Of a stretch of DNA of 64,000 nt, positions 45,358 through 53,981 are shown piece by piece. A model generated the notes under the pieces. It did no database searches. It saw nothing but the letters and a program-made list of their open reading frames with translations, and was not told where the DNA came from. The stretch comes from a virus (lineage: Duplodnaviria; Heunggongvirae; Uroviricota; Caudoviricetes). The position numbers were made by a program, and so were the translations under genes. The stretch lies in IMG/VR virus record IMGVR_UViG_3300037487_000968, positions 141,280 through 205,279 of that record. One strand, 5' to 3'. How positions within the stretch are numbered: position 1 is the first letter of the stretch; every line of letters begins with the position of its first letter.

Positions 45358-47208
45358 TCATGCCAAACTCGCAAACAGGTGAATCTGCATCTGCATCTTA
45401 AATCCATGCTGCATACAATATTGCCCAACATACTTGTGGTTAGCCTCATTCTTTTCCATATCAAGTAACCCCGGTTCCCACCATGAAATAATCTCATCAA
45501 CTGTGCTACGCTCTGCCATAGTGATCTCACCCTTCTCTGCCCTGAGTAGTTTGATCTTCTGCGGGAAAGAATTATAAATGTTCATTGGGCTACAATAGAT
45601 ATCCTTGCCTGTCTTTACTTTCCAATCATGTGCCCACTGTGGCACATTGTTATAAGGACTTTCTGTATCTGCACTCATAACAAACTTCAAGCAGTCTGCA
45701 CGATCTAAAATAGTTTTAGATGGTGCGTAATACTTCACGGCCTTACCATCCTTCTCCATGCACTTGGGAGAGCAAACGAGTGTAACACCGTCTGGTACTA
45801 CTGTATCAGGAATACCGTTGCTTTCAACTTGTACTGCTTTGAAATACATCTTTTGTTGATATTGCATAAACGCAGAGATGTTTTCTTGCAGCAACGGTTC
45901 GCCGCCAGTCATTACTAATACGATATTAGGATACAGCTTGCCTATCCGAGTTTTGTTCAGTGCCCAATCTGGTGCAGCAATTCCTTTTTCGTTGTTAAAG
46001 TACCCGCAAATAGTATTGTGGATCTTAGTTTCAATCTGTATAAACGTCATCCAATCGCCATCGTCAAAGAAAGTATCACAATTATGTACTACACATCCGT
46101 TAGCAATATATGTATGTGTATCTTCTACTTCGAAATTATAAACGGTACGTTCGGCAGTTTTACTACCGAATAATCTTGCCCATCCTCTTCCGTCGGTTTC
46201 ATTTACAAACTCTACACTCTTTACTACTTTACCGTTATGAATAAATTCCGCAACCTTTTCGCGTATTTTACTATGTTCGGACATTTTAAGCTCGCTCTGA
46301 ACAAGTGGTAAGAATAAAGTATCATACCCTTCTTTAGCAAATAGCGCCTTGCGTTTTTCCATCCACTCTTTACCACGAGGAGATTTTTTAACCCATAGTG
46401 AGTCATCTGCCCAAACTTCAATTACTTTCTTTTGTCCGTTTACAACAAAGTCGGGTACTTTATGCTGGATAACTAAATCCCCGGCACCTACAAAAGTAAT
46501 AGGTAATCCTTCACATATTTTTTCTACTTTAATCTCTAATCCAGATTTAAGTTGTGTTTCTCGATTAACCCAAGATTTTAGAGCAGTAGCAGGATCTTTC
46601 ATTGGATTACCTGCGCCCGTTAAGCGTTCGATATTTTTCTCTCTAAACTCCGGGTCTTCCCATAACGCAGATAATCTTGTTGCTGCTTTATCTTTTTCAT
46701 CCTGAGACATAGGTGCACGATTTGCCAGGTCAAACGCAGGATTAAACACTTTCCTGCGGTCAGATAACGACCAGTGTACAATTTTGTCACCTGCCACTAA
46801 ATCCTCGGCATTAACCCAACTCCTATTAGAGGTTAAGAATGGATGTTCTGGCGTACACCAAACCGGCTCGCCTGAGCTGGTTACTTTAACAATTTTGTCT
46901 GCGATAGACCTGTATGTGCGTGTAACCTTCTTAGGAACCATTTTATCCTTGTCCCACGACATAACCATGTCACCTACTTTGACTTGGTCGATTCGTTTAG
47001 ATTTTCCATCTGCCATTGTAATCTTAGTAGACGGTACAAAGCAAAAGCTACAATCTAAATTGCACTTTGCTAGACGGATGAAGAGTGCGGGCGTGCCAGC
47101 GTATGGTCCTTCTCCCTGAAGAGTGAAGAACATGCTTGTTACAAACAGGCTATCCTTGGGTGCATCCTTAAAATACTTCTTACCGATAATTTCATTAGTT
47201 CCGAACAT
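45358..47208 (-). CDS. queE: 7-carboxy-7-deazaguanine synthase QueE (radical SAM) interrupted by an intein
   Basis: N-extein GEGPYAGTPALFIRLAKCNLDCSF plus C-extein CDTFFDDGDW reconstitute the QueE CX3CX2C-DT signature. Inserted between them are 321 aa bearing intein blocks A (CFVPSTKITMADG), B (TPEHPF) and G (VVHN|C). Confidence 0.8.
   Translation of the reverse strand: MFGTNEIIGKKYFKDAPKDSLFVTSMFFTLQGEGPYAGTPALFIRLAKCNLDCSFCFVPSTKITMADGKSKRIDQVKVGDMVMSWDKDKMVPKKVTRTYRSIADKIVKVTSSGEPVWCTPEHPFLTSNRSWVNAEDLVAGDKIVHWSLSDRRKVFNPAFDLANRAPMSQDEKDKAATRLSALWEDPEFREKNIERLTGAGNPMKDPATALKSWVNRETQLKSGLEIKVEKICEGLPITFVGAGDLVIQHKVPDFVVNGQKKVIEVWADDSLWVKKSPRGKEWMEKRKALFAKEGYDTLFLPLVQSELKMSEHSKIREKVAEFIHNGKVVKSVEFVNETDGRGWARLFGSKTAERTVYNFEVEDTHTYIANGCVVHNCDTFFDDGDWMTFIQIETKIHNTICGYFNNEKGIAAPDWALNKTRIGKLYPNIVLVMTGGEPLLQENISAFMQYQQKMYFKAVQVESNGIPDTVVPDGVTLVCSPKCMEKDGKAVKYYAPSKTILDRADCLKFVMSADTESPYNNVPQWAHDWKVKTGKDIYCSPMNIYNSFPQKIKLLRAEKGEITMAERSTVDEIISWWEPGLLDMEKNEANHKYVGQYCMQHGFKMQMQIHLFASLA
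46081..47043 (-). mobile_element. Intein (aa 56-376 of the QueE precursor), large enough to carry an endonuclease domain
   Basis: Starts with Cys1, has a TxxH block B, ends YIANGCVVHN and is followed by a +1 Cys that is also the third Fe-S ligand. Confidence 0.75.
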
Positions 47209-47807
47209 TATTCTTTGCCGCCTTTTAGCTTTTCTACTATTTTAGACGCTTCCAACAAATAAGTCAAGTCATCTGCCGTTAGGGAACCTTTTTCTTTAGC
47301 AATTTCAATTAAGTCAGCAAATACACTGTCTCTCATTCTATGCTTTACACCCTGTGTAATACCGGATTGCATTTCACCCCCTAGTGATATTGATCTAGCA
47401 AAGGCTTCAGCCGCTTCATTTACATCAATACCATTACCCCATGTTATTGTACCATCTCGGTTGAGACGAACAATCTCTGTATTAGACTGATTATAAAATG
47501 TGACTACAGAAGTAGAATTATGAAGATTAGTACCAATTGTAAAACTGCTAGATCCTTGATAAGGGGATGATGTTATTGTATTATAAACACTACCTGCAGC
47601 TATTGTTGATCCCGTGATCATACTGCTATTCATTGTATATGTCGGGATATTCGTCCCGGTTGATAAGGTAATATTTCCCACGGTATTAGCAGAACCAATA
47701 GAGCTATTAGCGGGAAAAGAGGAAGGCACTGTTACTGTAGTAGGCATTTTAGTTTTACCCTTTTTAGAAAACCATTTCTTAAACACATTAAACTCCTGAC
47801 GAGTCAC
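47208..47807 (-). CDS. Ser/Thr/Asn-rich hypothetical protein
   Basis: 199-aa ORF. Confidence 0.45.
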   Translation of the reverse strand: MTRQEFNVFKKWFSKKGKTKMPTTVTVPSSFPANSSIGSANTVGNITLSTGTNIPTYTMNSSMITGSTIAAGSVYNTITSSPYQGSSSFTIGTNLHNSTSVVTFYNQSNTEIVRLNRDGTITWGNGIDVNEAAEAFARSISLGGEMQSGITQGVKHRMRDSVFADLIEIAKEKGSLTADDLTYLLEASKIVEKLKGGKE

Positions 47808-48123
47808 CCCATGTATGCATGTATCTAGATAGACGTGCCATCTTATTAATGCGGGCTTTTTCTATACCCTCAGCTGTAACACCTAGGCCAGCGTTTGTGA
47901 CCATATCTACCAGAGCCAATACATCACCTAATTCCATTTCTAAATTTTCGAGATTGGTTGTTGTAGAATTAGGATTTTTACCTACAACACCAAATCTCTT
48001 AATCTTTGAAGCTGCCTGAATAACTTCAGCACATTCTTCCTGCAAAATGTTTAGGCATTCTTCCTGATGATCATTTACCTGTTTCAAATTTCTTCTCCCA
48101 GTTCCATGCATGTGAAATAGCAT
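47788..48123 (-). CDS. mazG: MazG-like nucleotide pyrophosphohydrolase
   Basis: EECAEVIQA...ELGDVLAL EExxE/D motifs of the all-alpha NTP-PPase fold. Confidence 0.6.
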   Translation of the reverse strand: MLFHMHGTGRRNLKQVNDHQEECLNILQEECAEVIQAASKIKRFGVVGKNPNSTTTNLENLEMELGDVLALVDMVTNAGLGVTAEGIEKARINKMARLSRYMHTWGDSSGV

Positions 48124-49045
48124 CTTTGATATTATATTGTGGTTCCCAATTTAGTAACTGTTTTGCCTTGGAAATATCTGCTACTAATTCTGCCGGGTCA
48201 CCTAACCGTCTAGGCATATATTCAATTACTGGTGCAACACCAACAACCTCGCCTGCATACTGAACCAGTTCTTTAACACTAACACCATCACTGCCACCAC
48301 CGAGATTAAATGCTTCGTTGCCATTCCCGGCATCGAAGAAATCTATTGCCTTAGCATGAGCATCAGCCAGATCTGCGATATGAACATAATCGCGAACACA
48401 GGTGCCATCCTTAGTGGGATAATCATTACCAAATAAAGGAAATGATTCACCCTTTAATATCTTATTACATAAAATAGGAATAACGTGTGTTGCCGGACGT
48501 TGAACATATCCAAAACGGCAGGCTGGATCAGCACCTGCTGCATTAAAGTATCTAAAATTTACATACTTTAGACCATACGCCCTGGCATAATCCTTAATCA
48601 TTAATTCGCCTGCTACTTTTGTCGATGCATATGGATTCTCTGGATCATAGTATAGACCTGCTTCTTTAAGTGGTCCATCTTGACCTTGCCGACCATACGT
48701 ATTTCCGCTAGAACTAAAGATAATGTTCTTCATCCCATTAGCGACCATGATGTCGAGCATACCCTTCATTTTTACCACATTATTTGCGTAATACTTCTCC
48801 GGTTCTGTTACGCTCTGTTCTACTAGATGCTCTGCCGCAAGATGTATAATAGTATCATAGTGAAAAATATTCGATTGTAGGAAACTAAGATAATCCTCTT
48901 CAAATATAGTTGCTGGTGTATCCCAATTCTTAATCTTACGATCTACTATAGATACCTGATGTCCTTGCTCGTGTAATTTGTGTGCTACTTGCGTACCAAC
49001 AAACCCGCTACCACCCGTAATTAAAATTTTATGCTTTTTTGTCAT
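48071..49045 (-). CDS. NAD-dependent sugar epimerase/dehydratase (GalE-like, extended SDR)
   Basis: N-terminal TGGSGFVG Rossmann motif and YASTK catalytic YxxxK. 324 aa. Confidence 0.7.
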   Translation of the reverse strand: MTKKHKILITGGSGFVGTQVAHKLHEQGHQVSIVDRKIKNWDTPATIFEEDYLSFLQSNIFHYDTIIHLAAEHLVEQSVTEPEKYYANNVVKMKGMLDIMVANGMKNIIFSSSGNTYGRQGQDGPLKEAGLYYDPENPYASTKVAGELMIKDYARAYGLKYVNFRYFNAAGADPACRFGYVQRPATHVIPILCNKILKGESFPLFGNDYPTKDGTCVRDYVHIADLADAHAKAIDFFDAGNGNEAFNLGGGSDGVSVKELVQYAGEVVGVAPVIEYMPRRLGDPAELVADISKAKQLLNWEPQYNIKDAISHAWNWEKKFETGK

Positions 49046-49304
49046 TTACTAACCTTTCAATAATCTTATATGCATCGTATGCCTCTTGTAATGCAGGGTA
49101 CTTATCTTGCATAATTTGGTTGGGCTCAATAATTGCTAATCGTGCTTCTATTGCTTCTATCCGTTTAAGAAGTATTTTATAATCGGATTCTGCAAATATA
49201 GGACCCCATGTTGCTCCGGTACTACCTGCAGTTAATACGACACCAGGTAAAACTGTGCCTACAGTTTGAGCTATAATTCCATAATTTGGTTCCCCGACGC
49301 TCAT
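49029..49304 (-). CDS. hypothetical protein
   Basis: 91-aa ORF. Confidence 0.35.
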   Translation of the reverse strand: MSVGEPNYGIIAQTVGTVLPGVVLTAGSTGATWGPIFAESDYKILLKRIEAIEARLAIIEPNQIMQDKYPALQEAYDAYKIIERLVNDKKA

Positions 49305-49588
49305 GCTGAATACTTTATTTTGAAGAATAGTGCATCATCGGAATCTACAAACCCTATGTAGATAGCTTCTGATCCATACCCATTGTTAAATTTTACTTCT
49401 ACTAATCCGTTACTGTTTGAATTTACCCACTCTATCATATCTAGAAAGCCGGGTGTATACAAACGCTTTACTACTACCTTATATTTCTTATCAAAGATAG
49501 GCTGGCCATCACATCCTATCATATCAATAGGTTTTTCAGTCGAGGATGACTTTCGGAAAATACGAAAGAGTTGCGCCATTTTCCCCAT
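49301..49588 (-). CDS. hypothetical protein
   Basis: 95-aa ORF. The start is uncertain and may be an internal Met. Confidence 0.3.
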   Translation of the reverse strand: MGKMAQLFRIFRKSSSTEKPIDMIGCDGQPIFDKKYKVVVKRLYTPGFLDMIEWVNSNSNGLVEVKFNNGYGSEAIYIGFVDSDDALFFKIKYSA

Positions 49589-49898
49589 CTTCGCTTACCT
49601 CCACAGAAACTGTCCGGTTTGGGTATGCACCTACAATATAGTTAATAAGTTCTTCTGCGAGCATTTCACAGCTCTTATAATCTACCTCCATTGCACCGCT
49701 ATCAAAGATAGATTCTAGTTCGCGTTTAAATAAAATAAATTCAATATCTCTATCATTGTGTTCCACAGACACGGTTGCCTTAAAATGGAAAATATGTCGA
49801 TGCGGGTGTTTTAAAAATTCTACACCAGCTGGTGCATCTGGGTAGCGATGAATCCCTTCTTTCTGGAAGGTAACAAAAATAGTTCTATTTAAACTCAT
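49536..49898 (-). CDS. queD: QueD-like 6-carboxy-tetrahydropterin synthase (PTPS family)
   Basis: HRYPDAPAG...HPHRHIF parallels E. coli QueD [21 protein letters not shown]. Overall length is 120 aa. Confidence 0.6.
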   Translation of the reverse strand: MSLNRTIFVTFQKEGIHRYPDAPAGVEFLKHPHRHIFHFKATVSVEHNDRDIEFILFKRELESIFDSGAMEVDYKSCEMLAEELINYIVGAYPNRTVSVEVSEDGENGATLSYFPKVILD

Positions 49899-50638
49899 TT
49901 TTTGGCTTTTGCCTTCTTTGTAGATTCCTTCGCTGAGAGCGGGTCGGTTTTAGCACCTTCAGCATATGCTTCAGCTGCGTCCGTAGGGCTCTTAATAAAG
50001 GCGACTGGCGATACTTTCGTTTCTTCATATTCCGGCTTTAATAATGATTTAGAATCTGGATCAAGTCCTAGTTCTGTCTGATTTTTTACCTCAGTCTGCA
50101 CTGTTACTGCTGGTGTTGATTGCTCTTGTGTAATAATCAAATCCGAACCATATTCCGTCCAATCAGTAAAACGGTTACTATCGGTTACTTCCTTAAAGTG
50201 CATACACCACACACCCGGGTTGGTTGCATTAAAATCAACATCGTCAATTTTAACTGTTAGATTAGAACTAGTTGTTTGTATACTCGGAATTCGTACACTT
50301 AACAACGGTACAAACATTCTAGATAACCAAGTAGCAGGATTCAATACACTTAGCATTGCCTTATGTAAATGCGCTTCGTATTCGAGTGTCACCCAAAAAC
50401 CTTTATCTAATAAAGCAGTAATAGTTTCATTCCAATAAGGTGATACAGGAATAGATGCATCAAATGAGTGATTGGCACCCATAAAGATATGTGTTACCTT
50501 ATGTTCTGTGGCATGTTTTAAAATAGATTTAATATCTTGTTTACCGACTACAAATAAAGTCTTCTTTGAGTATGCAGGTGTATGCTCTACCTCTGGGCCG
50601 ATGAAGAATGCCACATTGTTATGTCCGTCTCTTTTCAT
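49895..50638 (-). CDS. hypothetical protein inside the deazaguanine cluster
   Basis: 247 aa, no recognisable motif. It lacks the QueC SGGxDS motif and has a Lys/Ala-rich tail. Confidence 0.45.
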   Translation of the reverse strand: MKRDGHNNVAFFIGPEVEHTPAYSKKTLFVVGKQDIKSILKHATEHKVTHIFMGANHSFDASIPVSPYWNETITALLDKGFWVTLEYEAHLHKAMLSVLNPATWLSRMFVPLLSVRIPSIQTTSSNLTVKIDDVDFNATNPGVWCMHFKEVTDSNRFTDWTEYGSDLIITQEQSTPAVTVQTEVKNQTELGLDPDSKSLLKPEYEETKVSPVAFIKSPTDAAEAYAEGAKTDPLSAKESTKKAKAKK

Positions 50639-50807
50639 TTTATTTCCTTATACTAATTCTTCGATAATACCTAACATTTCTGCAACCACAATCATTGTGC
50701 CTGCAAAAAATAGGTTACCTACTGCTAGACTGCATCCTGCTACAATGCGTAATGCACTTTTAACGAAACTAATTCGTTGATGTAATTTTGGATCTGGCTG
50801 TTTCATT

Positions 50808-51986
50808 TTAATATTTTGCCTTTGCTACGTGTTTTCTATAATCATTACCATTACGTGCCCACTCTTCGCCTTTGCCTTCAAATACGTCTAGTGTGCGATC
50901 TATTGTTCCATTTTGCCAATCACTTACTGCACCTGTTTTATATGATGCCGGACTCACAAACATCTTTTCAAGTCTTTCTGCGGCATCTTCTACGCTCCAC
51001 GGAATATACATATTCTTTGGATTATTAGCAAATACTTCCGGAAAACTGCGATATGCTGGATATAATGTTAGTGTGCCAAACGTGTCAGCTTCGCTTACTG
51101 TGTTACTTACCCAGTCTTGTAAAGCACAGTTAAATAAAACGGTGCTATCAGCAAGCAATTCATAGTAGTCATTCTTTTTCAGACCAGTATAGATCTTAAA
51201 ATTCGCAGTTCCGCTGGTTGTCAAATATTCGGCAAACTCGACATGCTGCTTATTATTACTCTTTAATTTAGGATGACCACAGAATATAGCAAATTCAACA
51301 TCTGGTCGAGTTTTGTAAAATCTCTGTGCCAATTGCATATAGAATTCTGGTTGCTTTTCGTCATCCCATCTTGCTGCAAAACCTACACGTTGCTCACGTG
51401 ATGTAATTGGTTTGACAAAAGGTACTCTGCTCTTAACTTCTTCTTTACCAAACGGTAATCCTGTTACATAGATAGGTGCTTTCATTCCTGCAATACGCAG
51501 ATTTGCAACCATTTCCTCACTTGCGACAAGAATTCCTGATACAAACTCATCTACCATTTTTTCGTAGTGACGCATCCAATGTGCCATTCCTTCACGATTA
51601 ACAAAATCATCTGGATCAATAGATTGTGCTAAACAACGAACATACACCTTTGGGCGAAACTTTTTAGGAACCTGTTCTAAGATATACGGTAAGCTTTCGA
51701 TGCCGGGTGTAAACATATCCTCATAAAAGATAACATCATCTTTTGTTACCTTACCTTCCTTCATAAGTTTAACAAGATTGGCTGTCTGCAACATACTATA
51801 ATATGTTCTGCCGTGTGCATCCAATACACTACCTGTAACAATTTTCTTATCTGTGCTTAGTTCGCTACCCGTTACAAGTTCATATTCAATACCGCGCAGT
51901 TTAAATACACGTTCATTCCAATCTTGTAGTTGAAGTGTATAACGTGCTTCATAACTTTCTAAACCCATATAAAATAGTTTTCTCAT
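50808..51986 (-). CDS. Glycosyltransferase (GT-B, group-1-like)
   Basis: The C-terminal half carries the EX7E-like region typical of GT1 enzymes. Start set at the MRKLF Met (51986), which has an AAGGGA Shine-Dalgarno. The ORF itself extends to 52040. Confidence 0.5.
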   Translation of the reverse strand: MRKLFYMGLESYEARYTLQLQDWNERVFKLRGIEYELVTGSELSTDKKIVTGSVLDAHGRTYYSMLQTANLVKLMKEGKVTKDDVIFYEDMFTPGIESLPYILEQVPKKFRPKVYVRCLAQSIDPDDFVNREGMAHWMRHYEKMVDEFVSGILVASEEMVANLRIAGMKAPIYVTGLPFGKEEVKSRVPFVKPITSREQRVGFAARWDDEKQPEFYMQLAQRFYKTRPDVEFAIFCGHPKLKSNNKQHVEFAEYLTTSGTANFKIYTGLKKNDYYELLADSTVLFNCALQDWVSNTVSEADTFGTLTLYPAYRSFPEVFANNPKNMYIPWSVEDAAERLEKMFVSPASYKTGAVSDWQNGTIDRTLDVFEGKGEEWARNGNDYRKHVAKAKY

Positions 51987-51988
51987 TT

Positions 51989-52228
51989 TTATCCCTTTAA
52001 AATATATGCGAGTACATCCTCGCCTTCGACTACCACACATTGACTACCGTATACTAGATAACCATCTCTATAATGTCCCTGAACAGGCATTGCTCTTATC
52101 ATTTTAGGCATTATTTTAGTAACCGAACATATCATTAAAGAATTATGAACTGCCACAGCAACTTTAGTACCTAAGCAAATGGGTCTGCCGAGTATATCAG
52201 GGTGTTCAGGTGTTACTTTCTTTGGCAT
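51989..52228 (-). CDS. hypothetical protein
   Basis: 79-aa ORF. Confidence 0.35.
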   Translation of the reverse strand: MPKKVTPEHPDILGRPICLGTKVAVAVHNSLMICSVTKIMPKMIRAMPVQGHYRDGYLVYGSQCVVVEGEDVLAYILKG

Positions 52229-52529
52229 TGGTTGTATGTGTCGAATATATGCGCTTTATGTGCGATATTACTTCGTTATCTATTTCTTTGGCTATTTCTG
52301 CCGATAATACCCTAAGCATTTCATCTTCAAGACGTTCTGCTGCGGTCTTGTATGGTTGGCTTAATCGACGAACAATCTCATCTGCTTGTTCTTCTTCATT
52401 CATATCCTTAACACCCTTTAGAGGAAAGGGCGGTTTAGGTGATGGGTGAATACCGTCGCTCCAATTCGTTAATATGCGAAGTGGTGCGCTGGCGGGCTTA
52501 TATGTTGTTATCTTATCTATCATAGTCAA
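52206..52529 (-). CDS. hypothetical protein
   Basis: 107-aa ORF. Confidence 0.35.
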   Translation of the reverse strand: MTMIDKITTYKPASAPLRILTNWSDGIHPSPKPPFPLKGVKDMNEEEQADEIVRRLSQPYKTAAERLEDEMLRVLSAEIAKEIDNEVISHIKRIYSTHTTNAKESNT

Positions 52530-52923
52530 TGACGCGAATCAGCTTATCTCCCATCCAATGAGAGCAACCTTCATTCTTATCCTCAGCCATATCTTTCAGC
52601 ATCTTAGTGTAATCTTTCTTGCTGATTTCTCTACCATCGACGATAGTTTCACCTAGATAACGCTGTGATACAGATTCAAAGGAATCGTCATCATTACCAG
52701 AATCAATCATTGTTACTTCATCATATGCGTGTTCAAGCTCTGCCGCTTCAATTACATAACGATGTCTAAAAGTAGAAATAGTATCAACGATGTATAATTT
52801 TTTCTTAGCCACTTTATTTTCTTCCTTCTTAAGTTTAGATGCCATCATTATATTATAAAACTCTAGTTGTTTTTCTACAACCTTTTTCGCTTCTTTCACG
52901 CCCGGAAAATCTTTAGTTCTCAT
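52513..52923 (-). CDS. hypothetical protein
   Basis: 136-aa ORF. Confidence 0.4.
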   Translation of the reverse strand: MRTKDFPGVKEAKKVVEKQLEFYNIMMASKLKKEENKVAKKKLYIVDTISTFRHRYVIEAAELEHAYDEVTMIDSGNDDDSFESVSQRYLGETIVDGREISKKDYTKMLKDMAEDKNEGCSHWMGDKLIRVIDYDR

Positions 52924-53747
52924 AATCCTAGTCCTTCCAAATTTTCGTAGGGCACTCTAAATCCTGCTGCATGGAAATGTCCGCCGCCGCCGTGAGTTAC
53001 AGCAATAGCCGACACATCGATTCCTTCTTTAGATGAACGCAAACTAAATTCGCGTCCATCTGGCTTATCATAATAACAGGCAGCAAAAGGTTCGTTGATA
53101 GCCATAATATGTCCTGCTTCAGAACTCATTGTATACGGAAGATTACATACAGGTACATCGTATCCTGCAATCGTGATTCTTTTCTGCATAACACCGATCA
53201 ATTCCCGAATATCTTTTAGGTGCTTACGATCGATCGCCTTACCTTCGGTAATCAATTCTTGTAGGTCAACCTTCATCAACATATCCCAATTTTCGAATGT
53301 GTAACCATAGCTGAAAATTGATGCTTGAATTTCTTTTGTGAATGGGATTTTAAATTGCCAACGATCTCTATCATCGACATGTTTAATAATTTGAGGAATA
53401 TCTTCACCGGGGAAAAAGAACATCCAGGTAAGCATTGCACCGCTGAAGTTATTTTCTAGACTATAAAGTGTGGTCATTTGTTTTTCTAAACCCACTAAGT
53501 CGATAATTGCTGTTGCGTGGTGGTCGATATGTGTAACGCTGTTTGCCTTAGCAATGATTTCTTCCATTACAGGGCGTTTATACGCAAAGTCTACAATATA
53601 GACATCTGCTCCTGTTACATCTGGTGGTGGTGTTTGATATACTCCTGCATGGTATTCAACGTCTTCACCTAACGCCCTTCGTACTACCCATGCTGCTGTA
53701 AATCCATCGGCACAGTTGCCATGATAGATACATATTTTCTTCGTCAT
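52920..53747 (-). CDS. DHH-family phosphoesterase (NrnA/RecJ-like, DHH+DHHA1)
   Basis: IYHGNCADGFTAAW (motif I/II), IDHHATAI (DHH) and GGGHFHAAGF (DHHA1 GGGH). Confidence 0.7.
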   Translation of the reverse strand: MTKKICIYHGNCADGFTAAWVVRRALGEDVEYHAGVYQTPPPDVTGADVYIVDFAYKRPVMEEIIAKANSVTHIDHHATAIIDLVGLEKQMTTLYSLENNFSGAMLTWMFFFPGEDIPQIIKHVDDRDRWQFKIPFTKEIQASIFSYGYTFENWDMLMKVDLQELITEGKAIDRKHLKDIRELIGVMQKRITIAGYDVPVCNLPYTMSSEAGHIMAINEPFAACYYDKPDGREFSLRSSKEGIDVSAIAVTHGGGGHFHAAGFRVPYENLEGLGL

Positions 53748-53981
53748 TTATTTCCTTCTTTTCGGTTGTTGGCTCTTATGGCGAATGTTTAGATTGTGGG
53801 GCCTCGGCGGCCTCGAAACAAGTTGTGGTTCACATTCTGCAAACACTGAATGGGCACATATGAGCCCATTCAGCATGCCATGCATATAGTTTACGCCCGT
53901 CCCGCCTACATATACAGAATCCGACTGTATACCAATCATGCTCTCTAGGCAACTAAGTTGTTTTTGCAGTTTCTCATTCAT
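53748..53981 (-). CDS. hypothetical small protein
   Basis: 77-aa ORF. Confidence 0.3.
   Translation of the reverse strand: MNEKLQKQLSCLESMIGIQSDSVYVGGTGVNYMHGMLNGLICAHSVFAECEPQLVSRPPRPHNLNIRHKSQQPKRRK

Noticed and set aside
49895-50638. Candidate QueC (7-cyano-7-deazaguanine synthase) to complete the pathway
   Set aside because: No SGGxDS PP-loop motif and no C-terminal Cys4 zinc site. The sequence is unrelated to QueC.
50808-52040. Full 410-aa glycosyltransferase ORF starting MCGSRRRGC
   Set aside because: The first 18 codons overlap the upstream gene by 52 nt and are Arg/Cys-rich. The internal ATG at 51986 has a proper Shine-Dalgarno and abuts the upstream stop.
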